IMG/VR virus record: IMGVR_UViG_3300036944_001324
Span: 62,001 to 126,000 of that record
Strand: one strand, 5' to 3'
DNA length: 64,000 nucleotides
Position numbers and translations under genes: made by a program. A model generated the notes under the pieces. It did not search any database, was not told where the DNA came from, and saw only the letters and a list, made by a program, of their open reading frames with translations. Positions 35,510-43,404 of this stretch are shown piece after piece (within the stretch, counting starts at the first letter, position 1; each line of letters starts with the position of its first letter).

Positions 35510-35791
35510 ATGCTTGAACTCTATCTGGTATGGCTCTCCGGTATTTCTATCGGGTGGCCTATCTTCCTTTTCATTTGTTTGTTGTGTGTAGCGATAGCGC
35601 TGCTTAACGACGCCAAGTCCAACATTGCCACTGCATTCAGCGGTGTGCTTCTCTTGCTTAGCGTCTTCGCACTGGCGTTGTTAACGCTCTCGCCAGACAA
35701 AAGCACAATCCAAGAGATGATTCAAATTACCAGGTATCCTGATTTGAAGTCTCGACCTGTTTTGCAACCTATTCCTACGGAACCCAAGTAA
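35510..35791 (+). CDS. Small membrane protein (two hydrophobic helices)
   Basis: 93 aa, strongly hydrophobic; its stop overlaps the RNAP start (TAATG). Confidence 0.65.
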   Translation: MLELYLVWLSGISIGWPIFLFICLLCVAIALLNDAKSNIATAFSGVLLLLSVFALALLTLSPDKSTIQEMIQITRYPDLKSRPVLQPIPTEPK

Positions 35792-36459
35792 TGTCTAACC
35801 GCCAACAAGCTACCGAGTACCTACTCAGCTGGATCGACAAGCTCGATCCCAGTGGCCACAACCGTACCATCATGGAGCAACAACTGGGAGCGATGTCTGA
35901 CGAACAGTTCACCAAACTGATGGATGACTTCGAAAACGACGTCGATCGTCCTGCCATGTACGTGCCCAACTTCGGTCCGGTGAAACTGGATATCCAGCGC
36001 AATCACCGCATCGCCCAAGAACTGGGTCATGACTTCTACCAGCAACTGTGGATCGGTTCCGTGGATTACCAAACTCCTAAGTACCTGACTCCTCAGAAGT
36101 ACATGATCCTGGAGTTGCCGTGCCGTCGTCAAGCGCAGATCCTGGACAAGGGTATCTCGACCACGGAACACACACGCTCTATCGACCAGCGCACCGGTCA
36201 AGTAGCCGGTGACAGTGCAGCGGCCAAGGTGTCCTACCCTGAGCTGAACATCCTGCGCGGCATGGGGATGGAGCAAACAGTCAAGGAACTGATCAAGTTC
36301 CGTGGTGGTGATCTTCGTGGCTTTGACGCCATGAACACCATGGCGCATCGTCAAGGCGAAGTCAGTCTGGACGCCATCACTCCCTACGCTTCGGGTGTGG
36401 AGTCGACGTCCGCAATGAAGGTCAGTCTCACCTCGATGCACCTGAGCAACACGCTGTAG
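35791..36459 (+). CDS. rpoB: Virion RNA polymerase beta C-terminal subunit (phiKZ gp149-like)
   Basis: LPCRRQAQILDKGIS...IDQRTGQVAGDSAAAKVSYPELNILRGMG...ELIKFRGGD corresponds to the beta C-terminal region (HMVDDKIHAR...TQQP.GG...GE.E..AL...E.LT.KSDD). Confidence 0.82.
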   Translation: MSNRQQATEYLLSWIDKLDPSGHNRTIMEQQLGAMSDEQFTKLMDDFENDVDRPAMYVPNFGPVKLDIQRNHRIAQELGHDFYQQLWIGSVDYQTPKYLTPQKYMILELPCRRQAQILDKGISTTEHTRSIDQRTGQVAGDSAAAKVSYPELNILRGMGMEQTVKELIKFRGGDLRGFDAMNTMAHRQGEVSLDAITPYASGVESTSAMKVSLTSMHLSNTL

Positions 36460-36463
36460 CCAC

Positions 36464-37246
36464 ATGTTCAACCTAGGACCCTACAACGATTTCTTGCAAG
36501 GAGTCTACGTCGATCTGGACTCTTTGTTCGATACACGTTTTGCAGTTCTTGAACAGGTCGATCCCATTCTTGCTCTGCACAACCTCAAGAATGGCTGGAA
36601 CACTCGTGTTCAGGATGTCTTCGAAGGAATCGACAAGAAGCTCTTCGACGAGTTGTACAAGACACGGGACAACACAGTCTTAGCTATGGCGCCGTCCACG
36701 CAGATCATCGACGCTGTGAAGACATGGGTTACAAAAGCCCTTGAAACGATCAACGGTTCACCCAACGGTGATAAGGTCGTGATCTTCGTGAATGTGTGGC
36801 CGTACAACATCACTAAGGATCATGCCCGGGAAATTGGTACCTCTGTGCACCGATTGGTTGGACAAACCGTCGACATTCGAATGCTCAATGTAGATCCTGA
36901 GAAGATCTGCACCAGGACGGCCAAAGCGTATTTCTCGGCCATGTTCATGTATGACTGGGATTACTGGCTGGAAGCCAATACGAAGAACGCAAGCTTTGAG
37001 AAACAGCGCATCCCTGATGTGACGCTGTACGCTCCCAAGATCTACAAACAAGGCGAGCCTTCTAAGGAAGAACTCGCCATGATCGCTAAGAGCAAGGCCA
37101 ACATGTTCGAGCAGTTTGAAATGATGGCTGGTCCGCAAGTTGGTATCGAATTCATCGATATTGCTTTTTACAGCAACTACATGCCAACCGATTACATCGA
37201 GCATTACGAAGACATGCGCAACGCTGTGAAGAACACAGCCTTGTGA
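36464..37246 (+). CDS. Conserved hypothetical protein with possible HAD-like DxD motif
   Basis: 260 aa; N-terminal GVYVDLDSLFDTR. Confidence 0.65.
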   Translation: MFNLGPYNDFLQGVYVDLDSLFDTRFAVLEQVDPILALHNLKNGWNTRVQDVFEGIDKKLFDELYKTRDNTVLAMAPSTQIIDAVKTWVTKALETINGSPNGDKVVIFVNVWPYNITKDHAREIGTSVHRLVGQTVDIRMLNVDPEKICTRTAKAYFSAMFMYDWDYWLEANTKNASFEKQRIPDVTLYAPKIYKQGEPSKEELAMIAKSKANMFEQFEMMAGPQVGIEFIDIAFYSNYMPTDYIEHYEDMRNAVKNTAL

Positions 37247-37248
37247 AG

Positions 37249-37290
37249 CGGCATAAAAGCCCCTCTGAAAAGAGGGGCTTAATATGCTGT
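37249..37290. terminator. Bidirectional hairpin between convergent genes
   Basis: CGGCATAAAAGCCCCTCT-GAAA-AGAGGGGCTTAATATGCTGT. Confidence 0.8.
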
Positions 37291-37298
37291 CTCGGTCG

Positions 37299-37802
37299 TT
37301 AATCGGGAGCGTCGACTTCTGCCAGTTTCACGTCTCCGCGAACTTCCACAAACTTCTCGAAGGTGTTGTTAATGGTGCCTTGAGTCAACTCACCGGGAAC
37401 AAAGTCCCGGGTAGCGATATCGTCCTTCAAAGTTGGAATCTCAACTTCACGATCGCCGGTAGCTTCTCGCATCGGTGGCTTGGCGCCCGAAGTTTGTGCA
37501 AGGTATTCCCGCACCAGTGCTTGTTGTTGAGCCTGCAAGTTTTGGCCTGCCTCTTCGCTCTTGATCCGCATCTGACCCAAAGCTGCAGAGTCCATGTCCT
37601 TCATGGTACTGAGCATCACCGTCAGCATCTTGGGATCTTTCGGTATCCCGTCACTAGCGATACCGCGCACAATCATGCCGCGGATCTTGCGTGTGTACCC
37701 GAGGTCCTTGACGGGCTCGTAGTTAACGTCAACGTCAGGCAACTCAGGAACAGGTCCAGCGATGGTAGGGTTTGGCGTGTGGTCTTCGTCGTTTGCGCTC
37801 AT
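37299..37802 (-). CDS. Conserved hypothetical protein
   Basis: ORF 37299..37844; likelier start ATG 37802 (MSANDED). Confidence 0.65.
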   Translation of the reverse strand: MSANDEDHTPNPTIAGPVPELPDVDVNYEPVKDLGYTRKIRGMIVRGIASDGIPKDPKMLTVMLSTMKDMDSAALGQMRIKSEEAGQNLQAQQQALVREYLAQTSGAKPPMREATGDREVEIPTLKDDIATRDFVPGELTQGTINNTFEKFVEVRGDVKLAEVDAPD

Positions 37803-37842
37803 GATCAAATCTTTCCGATGGATGTTACTGACTAAGTTAAGC

Positions 37843-37875
37843 AACTTTTTTTCAGCAATACATCATAGTTGTGTA
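37843..37875 (+). promoter_or_regulatory. Putative early promoter, copy 2
   Basis: AACTTTTTTTCAGCAATACATCATAGTTGTGTA. Confidence 0.6.
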
Positions 37876-37941
37876 TAGTAGATGGATAAGCCGGTTTCAT
37901 AGGCTTATGTTTTCATTTTCATCATAACTTCACAAAAGCAC

Positions 37942-38451
37942 ATGTTTCAAAAACTGATCAAACGCATCCAACTCAGGTGGATGAAGTTGCAAATCAACGT
38001 ACGGCGAGACGTGCTGATCCACAAAAAACCAGCAGAATTCTTGCAGTATTGCACAGCGCTTATTCTCCGTAACCCGGAGTTTGAGCTGCGACCCACAACG
38101 CGTAACGTGTGGATCTATGCACCACAAAACGCGAAAGAGTTCACGGAGATCCTCTCCAAAATCACGTCGGCTATCGCGTTTGACAAACCTGTAAAGGACG
38201 TTGTCAATCTCGGGCCGTTCAAAGAAATGCACCCGCTGTCGTTTTTGACGACTGACATCGGTTGTATCGACGATGGCAAGCAGCATTGTCTTTTCCACGT
38301 ATCTGCGATTAGAGAGATCGCTAACTATCTCAACAGAGGTATCGAGGAGGATAAAAACTACAGCCGGTATAACCACCGCATCTTGTCACCACTGGTGCAG
38401 GACCTGCAGTTGTATATCGATCAGATCTTCAAGCTGTACCGCGACGCTTAG
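37942..38451 (+). CDS. Hypothetical protein
   Basis: 169-aa ORF downstream of promoter copy 2. Confidence 0.65.
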   Translation: MFQKLIKRIQLRWMKLQINVRRDVLIHKKPAEFLQYCTALILRNPEFELRPTTRNVWIYAPQNAKEFTEILSKITSAIAFDKPVKDVVNLGPFKEMHPLSFLTTDIGCIDDGKQHCLFHVSAIREIANYLNRGIEEDKNYSRYNHRILSPLVQDLQLYIDQIFKLYRDA

Positions 38452-38529
38452 GCGCTTTATGCGCAGCTACGTTCAAACACGTAGTTTAACCAACACCAAC
38501 ACCCACCGTTCTTAAATAGAGGTGATCAC

Positions 38530-39162
38530 ATGCAGAACAAAGACCCGGATCGTACTGATTCCATCGATGCTGATTTCCAAAAACGCATCAGAGAAGACAC
38601 GAAGAGAATCATCCGCTATGTGGATGAAATCGGCCCTACCGACGCCCGTGTAGGTTTGAAGCTTTTGTATCGCAAGATCTTGGACGATTTGTCCATCAAT
38701 GCGACGCGCTGGAAAACGCTGATGGACACGTACCTGCGTGACCCCATCAACGGGATTTTGAACAACACGGAAGAGCATGTGCAGCAGCGCAGTGCTCTGA
38801 ACAAGAACCTTGTCACCAATGACCAGATGACATGGAAGGTCTTTCTGCGCGGCTTGCGTTTCATTCGCGTGAAGCGTTTGCGTTTTTCGGTGACGTTGGT
38901 TCACAGCAACGACACCACCACTGAGCACGGCATGTGGCTCAACATCCGGAACAACTACACCCCGCTGGACGATTACGATGACCCAAGAAGTACCTACAAC
39001 CGAATTCCCGTCCTTGAAGTACGGGATGACAGCAAGGGCAATCTTGCTGAAGTTCCGGCAGATGCAACCGTGCGTGGCGTCATCACTGCCCCTCCCCCCA
39101 TCGACTTCGACAAGTACCGAACTCAGTACCCAGTTCTCGGTGACAAGGCCGAAGATAAGTGA
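38530..39162 (+). CDS. Conserved hypothetical protein, possibly helical DNA-binding
   Basis: AGAGG RBS; LLYRKILDDL...RSALNKNL...MTWKVFLRGL helical pattern. Confidence 0.7.
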   Translation: MQNKDPDRTDSIDADFQKRIREDTKRIIRYVDEIGPTDARVGLKLLYRKILDDLSINATRWKTLMDTYLRDPINGILNNTEEHVQQRSALNKNLVTNDQMTWKVFLRGLRFIRVKRLRFSVTLVHSNDTTTEHGMWLNIRNNYTPLDDYDDPRSTYNRIPVLEVRDDSKGNLAEVPADATVRGVITAPPPIDFDKYRTQYPVLGDKAEDK

Positions 39163-39637
39163 CCTTGCGCTCGAAGCGTTTGTCGCCGAGTCAATCAGTC
39201 ACCCCCATGGCGCCCTCGACACGATTTATTTCGTGGCCGAAGTCCTCATCGGCAGTCTGGCGAACAAGAACAACGTGATGGATTACGAGAAGTTCATCAC
39301 GAACAACAAGAACGTTCATTCTTTCTTGTCGGAGTACTTGAGCGTTCTGCAGGCGCAACTGGCGGAAGCCGATTACGGTTTGGTCAATCTGATCCAACTC
39401 ATTGGCGATGCCGTCGTACCTGGATGGGTTGAGAAGAAAGAAGAGTTCGGTGGCAACGAGCTTTTTGCGGAAGAACGGTTTCCGAATTCGCACGATATCA
39501 ACGTCACGCTGCTCAACAACCCCATGACCGCTATCGTGGTATTACTTCGCATCCATGTAGAAAAATTGTTGGCACTTGTCAACAGTTTGGGAGAATACAA
39601 AACATCGTTCGAGGCAGAGCTTACGAGAAAACCGTAA
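39140..39637 (+). CDS. Hypothetical protein
   Basis: ORF 38978..39637; GTG 39140 gives a plausible 23-bp overlap with the upstream gene. Confidence 0.55.
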   Translation: MTRPKISDLALEAFVAESISHPHGALDTIYFVAEVLIGSLANKNNVMDYEKFITNNKNVHSFLSEYLSVLQAQLAEADYGLVNLIQLIGDAVVPGWVEKKEEFGGNELFAEERFPNSHDINVTLLNNPMTAIVVLLRIHVEKLLALVNSLGEYKTSFEAELTRKP

Positions 39638-39738
39638 CGCTTTACTCCCAGGGCAATTTTACCTCGTTCAACATCCGTGACAAACTCGTCTAACCAACAG
39701 TACGTCAAAACAGCACATTCAATCAGGAGCACTTTCGC

Positions 39739-40989
39739 ATGACTTACGAACGCAACAACAACGCACCCCGCACCCGCAACAAGAACGATCAGCAACGTCG
39801 CCCGGCTCAACAACAGCGCCTCACCTCTGGCTCGGCCGCTCCTGCCCCAGCTGCCCGTCGTGAAAGCCTGCTCAATCCCGCAATGGCTGAAGGCCTGTCG
39901 CAACTGATGCGTCAATCGTTCGCGGAAGCTCCTCCCGAACAGCTGGCTCCCCACGCTGCTACCCGGCTGCCTCCCATCCCATCGAGCGACAAGGACGGTG
40001 TCACGTACATCAACTTCTCCGCTTCGGCCCGTACAGAGCTCGGCCAGATCCTGTCGTTCGACAACATGTTGGCTTTCGACCACACGTTGATCGATGTGCG
40101 TGTTCCAACGATCCAGCATTTTTGGGCCTTCATCCAAAGCGGTGGTGTCAATCCCAAGATCTTCAGTTTCAGCAACGACAAGCTGCGCGCCCACATCCGC
40201 CAACAAGGTCGCCCCGTCTACCAGCGCAACCAATACGCGCTGTTGGCACATGCCTACTGGCTCAAGTTCATGCAGTACCCTGCACTGATCGATGTGATGG
40301 TCAACTACACCGGTGAGTTCGACTACTTCCTGGATCGCGCATCGATCCGCAAACGCCCTGTCGCGGCCCCGTACCTCGTGGACATCATGAAGCAGATCCG
40401 TTCGGCCCTGCGCCGTGGTCATGATCTGGACCTCGTGCGTTTCATGGACCGCGATGTCCAGATGGAACTGCGAACCTTGACCAACGGTCAGCGTGACGCC
40501 CGCGTGGCTGAAATCTTGGACAAGGCTTTCAAGGAAGCCCGCACTCGCCAGGCGCAGATCCGCAACAACCGCGAAAACCAGGAAACCGTTGCCAAGGCAG
40601 CCAAGCACGTCGGTGAACTGGCCATCAACATGGCTGAAGAAGAAGAAGGCATGCGGTCCGAGCACGAGGTGTCGCAGACCCCTGTGTTCGCGATCGGTCA
40701 GACTGGCTTCCAACCCCGTGTCGAGCCGGCTGAACCGGAAGTGAAACCGGAGCTCAACGTAGCCTTCTTGGGTCAGGTGGCTGTCTCTGAAGACGGCATC
40801 GTCAACGCAGCGCCCAAAGCACCGCAAAGCCCTGAAGAACCTGCGGCTCCTGAAGCCCCACAAAGCCCTGCAGAACCTGAAGCGCCGGTTGCCCCTTCGG
40901 CACCCGTTGCTGAAGCTGCGGACGACTCTGATGGTGAAACCGTTGTGCTCGACGGCTTCAACAACGCAGCCACTGCAGTAGCAAGCTAA
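39739..40989 (+). CDS. Hypothetical protein with possible NADAR/YbiA-like core and disordered termini
   Basis: AGGAG RBS; DGVTYINFSASARTELGQILSF...PTIQHFWAF; Pro/Glu/Ala-rich tail with PQSPEEPAAPEAPQSPAEPEAP repeats. Confidence 0.7.
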   Translation: MTYERNNNAPRTRNKNDQQRRPAQQQRLTSGSAAPAPAARRESLLNPAMAEGLSQLMRQSFAEAPPEQLAPHAATRLPPIPSSDKDGVTYINFSASARTELGQILSFDNMLAFDHTLIDVRVPTIQHFWAFIQSGGVNPKIFSFSNDKLRAHIRQQGRPVYQRNQYALLAHAYWLKFMQYPALIDVMVNYTGEFDYFLDRASIRKRPVAAPYLVDIMKQIRSALRRGHDLDLVRFMDRDVQMELRTLTNGQRDARVAEILDKAFKEARTRQAQIRNNRENQETVAKAAKHVGELAINMAEEEEGMRSEHEVSQTPVFAIGQTGFQPRVEPAEPEVKPELNVAFLGQVAVSEDGIVNAAPKAPQSPEEPAAPEAPQSPAEPEAPVAPSAPVAEAADDSDGETVVLDGFNNAATAVAS

Positions 40990-41004
40990 CCGCAACTGGG
41001 TGTA

Positions 41005-41071
41005 ATAACCCGTGACCTGACCATCTAGGTGAACTTATAGTTTGCTTTGGATGGTCGGGCGGTTATGCCGT
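41005..41071 (+). terminator. Imperfect long hairpin ending in TTATGCCGT
   Basis: ATAACCCG..GACC..CCATC...GATGG.TC.GGCGGTTATGCCGT. Confidence 0.55.
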
Positions 41072-41120
41072 GTATCGGGTTATCGGTTTTTATTCAATCT
41101 TTCCGACCATAGGAACACCC

Positions 41121-41759
41121 ATGTTCATTTTCAATCCCAGTTATACCCAAGCGCAAGACACCGAAACCATGACGCGTCTGACGCGTCTGAAGAAAGCCGC
41201 TGATCGTGTCTATCAGTACTACGAGTGGCTCAGTGAAGACCATCGCAACACCCTCTCCGGAGATGCGAATAAAGCGGAGATCGAAGCCCTCTGTGACGAT
41301 GTCCGGATCGCTTTGTTCCTGAGCACCGGTCAAGACGCATTGGTGCCTTACTTCACTGCGTGTGTTTTGTTTGCTCTGCTGGTTTCCCACGCAGACGCTG
41401 CACCTTCTGGCACACCTTGCCCGATCGATCGCAGTACCTTGGAAGGCATGTACGACGCCAAGGCCGTGAGCGTTCTGCTCAATGATGCCGACTACCAGTT
41501 GATCTCGTACTCGACAGGTAGCTTCCTGTTGGCTGACACGGCCGATCCTGGCAACCTGAGCACCATGGCTCTGGCGCGCAAGGGCTCCTTGGTAATGGCA
41601 GACCAAGAGCTGACCGAAACCATCAGCTTGCAAACCTTGCTGATGGCAGAGCCAGATGGCGACGATTTGGACGAAGAACAACAAGGTCATGTTTTCCTTC
41701 GGGAACTCCACCGCCTTGAGTCAGAATCCAAAGCAATGGTAAATCAATCATCTGACTGA
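41121..41759 (+). CDS. Hypothetical protein
   Basis: ORF 41070..41759; ATG 41121 follows AGGA. Confidence 0.65.
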   Translation: MFIFNPSYTQAQDTETMTRLTRLKKAADRVYQYYEWLSEDHRNTLSGDANKAEIEALCDDVRIALFLSTGQDALVPYFTACVLFALLVSHADAAPSGTPCPIDRSTLEGMYDAKAVSVLLNDADYQLISYSTGSFLLADTADPGNLSTMALARKGSLVMADQELTETISLQTLLMAEPDGDDLDEEQQGHVFLRELHRLESESKAMVNQSSD

Positions 41760-41772
41760 CGACCCTGACACA

Positions 41773-41818
41773 CCGTACTCCTTAACGGGAGTACGGATGT
41801 TACCTCGTATTTTTTTTT
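41773..41818 (+). terminator. Intrinsic terminator candidate
   Basis: CCGTACTCC-TTAACG-GGAGTACGG with a downstream T9 tract. Confidence 0.55.
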
Positions 41819-41860
41819 GCCTCTCAGAGCAGTACATGCTGAGATTTCCAAAGTCAGAAT

Positions 41861-43351
41861 ATGAAACTCGCACTTGCTAAACCAACATTCAATACAGACC
41901 CAGATGAAGATCTAGCACCGGTAGACGTTTATAAACAAACGTCTACGGAAGTGGTTAACAGCTATCAAGAGACCAGTGAACAAAGCCAAGGCTTGTTCGA
42001 TAGCTTGGCCAACATCAATCCCCAGGAACTGCTGTCGCAAGCCACACAAGCCCTTGGAACAGCTTCTAAGGTGGCTGCGGCACTCGCGCGTGGTCAGAAC
42101 ATGCGTGATCCCTTCAGTGGGCTTGCAGGCGGCGCTGGAGCTATCGGAGCTGGCGGCATCGCACAGTCTCTGAAAACCCTCAGCGCTGGACTTGGTTTGA
42201 TCCGTGGTGTATCTAACGCCACCAACATTTCCCAGATCCTTGGAGCCGGTGCTCGCTTCGCTGGACGAGACGGTGCCGCTATCAGTAAGCTTGCTTACTC
42301 GGTAGGTACCGTTGAACGCAACCTCTCATCTTTCAAGAGTCTGCAAGGACGAAGTGGTTTGTCAGTCCTTAGCCGTCAGCTTGCGTTGGGTGCAGGCATG
42401 GGCTCCGCAGTCGGATCTATTTTGGGTGACATGTCGCCAGCCATGACCCAAAGCTACAATGCAGCTGCTAACGCTGCTTTGAGCATTACCGGCGTGGTGC
42501 AAAAGGGCACCGTTGTCTCTGGGCGAACACGTGACCCATACAACGCTACTGTTATCAACAACGCTATCTCCGAATTCCGAGGGGATGGTTACAACACACG
42601 CGTTACGGACTCCGCTGGTTTGGCTGGCTCGATCGCTGGCCTCACGTACGCCAGTCGTATCACCGGTATCCCTGGCGTTTTCAAAACACTGACGGATGAC
42701 ATCGATGATGCGCAAGTGTGCAAAGCAGCTGCTGTGCCTTTGGCGCGAGAAGCAGCAACCGTTGGAGATGTACACCTCTTCATGGATCTGGCTAACTCCA
42801 AGGTGGGTAACCAACTGCAAAGCGCCGTCCCAGAGCTTGCCAGTGGGATGATCTCGACAGTGCGTCCTCCCGAAGATCTTGCTCAGCAAGAATACGGTCG
42901 TCTCTACGATGACTTCAGTAGTGCACTCAACACAGTCTCCCCCAACTGGAAAACGTACAAAACACAAACGGGCTCCAGTTACGTGAACGCAGCCTACGTA
43001 GCACAAAACCCTTTCATGCAAGACATGATCGCGGCCAAGATGAACAACATGATGGGACCACCCGGTTCCAACGAACAAAGCATCTATCCACAAAACAGCG
43101 TCTACAGCTCAACACCGGGTCTGATCGATCCAAACACCGCGGTTGTGAACACCACAACCGTCGAGCAGTTTGTAGCAACGGTTGACGGTCAAGAGACGGT
43201 CATGACAGCGCAAACGACCCAAGTTGCTGACGAAGCATTCATGATGCTTGCCTCAGTGTTTCCTGGTGAAAGCGTGGATGCCGGTCTTAAGGAACATTTC
43301 CCTTATTTCCATACGAGCCTCGGTCGCCCAGTCATGGGTATCCCTATCTAG
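41861..43351 (+). CDS. Probable virion structural (baseplate/tail) protein
   Basis: 496 aa, Gly/Ala/Ser-rich middle region; neighbours the tail module. Confidence 0.6.
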   Translation: MKLALAKPTFNTDPDEDLAPVDVYKQTSTEVVNSYQETSEQSQGLFDSLANINPQELLSQATQALGTASKVAAALARGQNMRDPFSGLAGGAGAIGAGGIAQSLKTLSAGLGLIRGVSNATNISQILGAGARFAGRDGAAISKLAYSVGTVERNLSSFKSLQGRSGLSVLSRQLALGAGMGSAVGSILGDMSPAMTQSYNAAANAALSITGVVQKGTVVSGRTRDPYNATVINNAISEFRGDGYNTRVTDSAGLAGSIAGLTYASRITGIPGVFKTLTDDIDDAQVCKAAAVPLAREAATVGDVHLFMDLANSKVGNQLQSAVPELASGMISTVRPPEDLAQQEYGRLYDDFSSALNTVSPNWKTYKTQTGSSYVNAAYVAQNPFMQDMIAAKMNNMMGPPGSNEQSIYPQNSVYSSTPGLIDPNTAVVNTTTVEQFVATVDGQETVMTAQTTQVADEAFMMLASVFPGESVDAGLKEHFPYFHTSLGRPVMGIPI

Positions 43352-43355
43352 GAAG

Positions 43356-43397
43356 ACAGCATAAGCAGGGAGCTTTCGCTCCCTGCTGCTATGCCGT
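43356..43397. terminator. Bidirectional hairpin between convergent genes
   Basis: ACAGCATAAGCAGGGAGC-TTTC-GCTCCCTGCTGCTATGCCGT. Confidence 0.8.
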
Positions 43398-43404
43398 TTA
43401 GACG

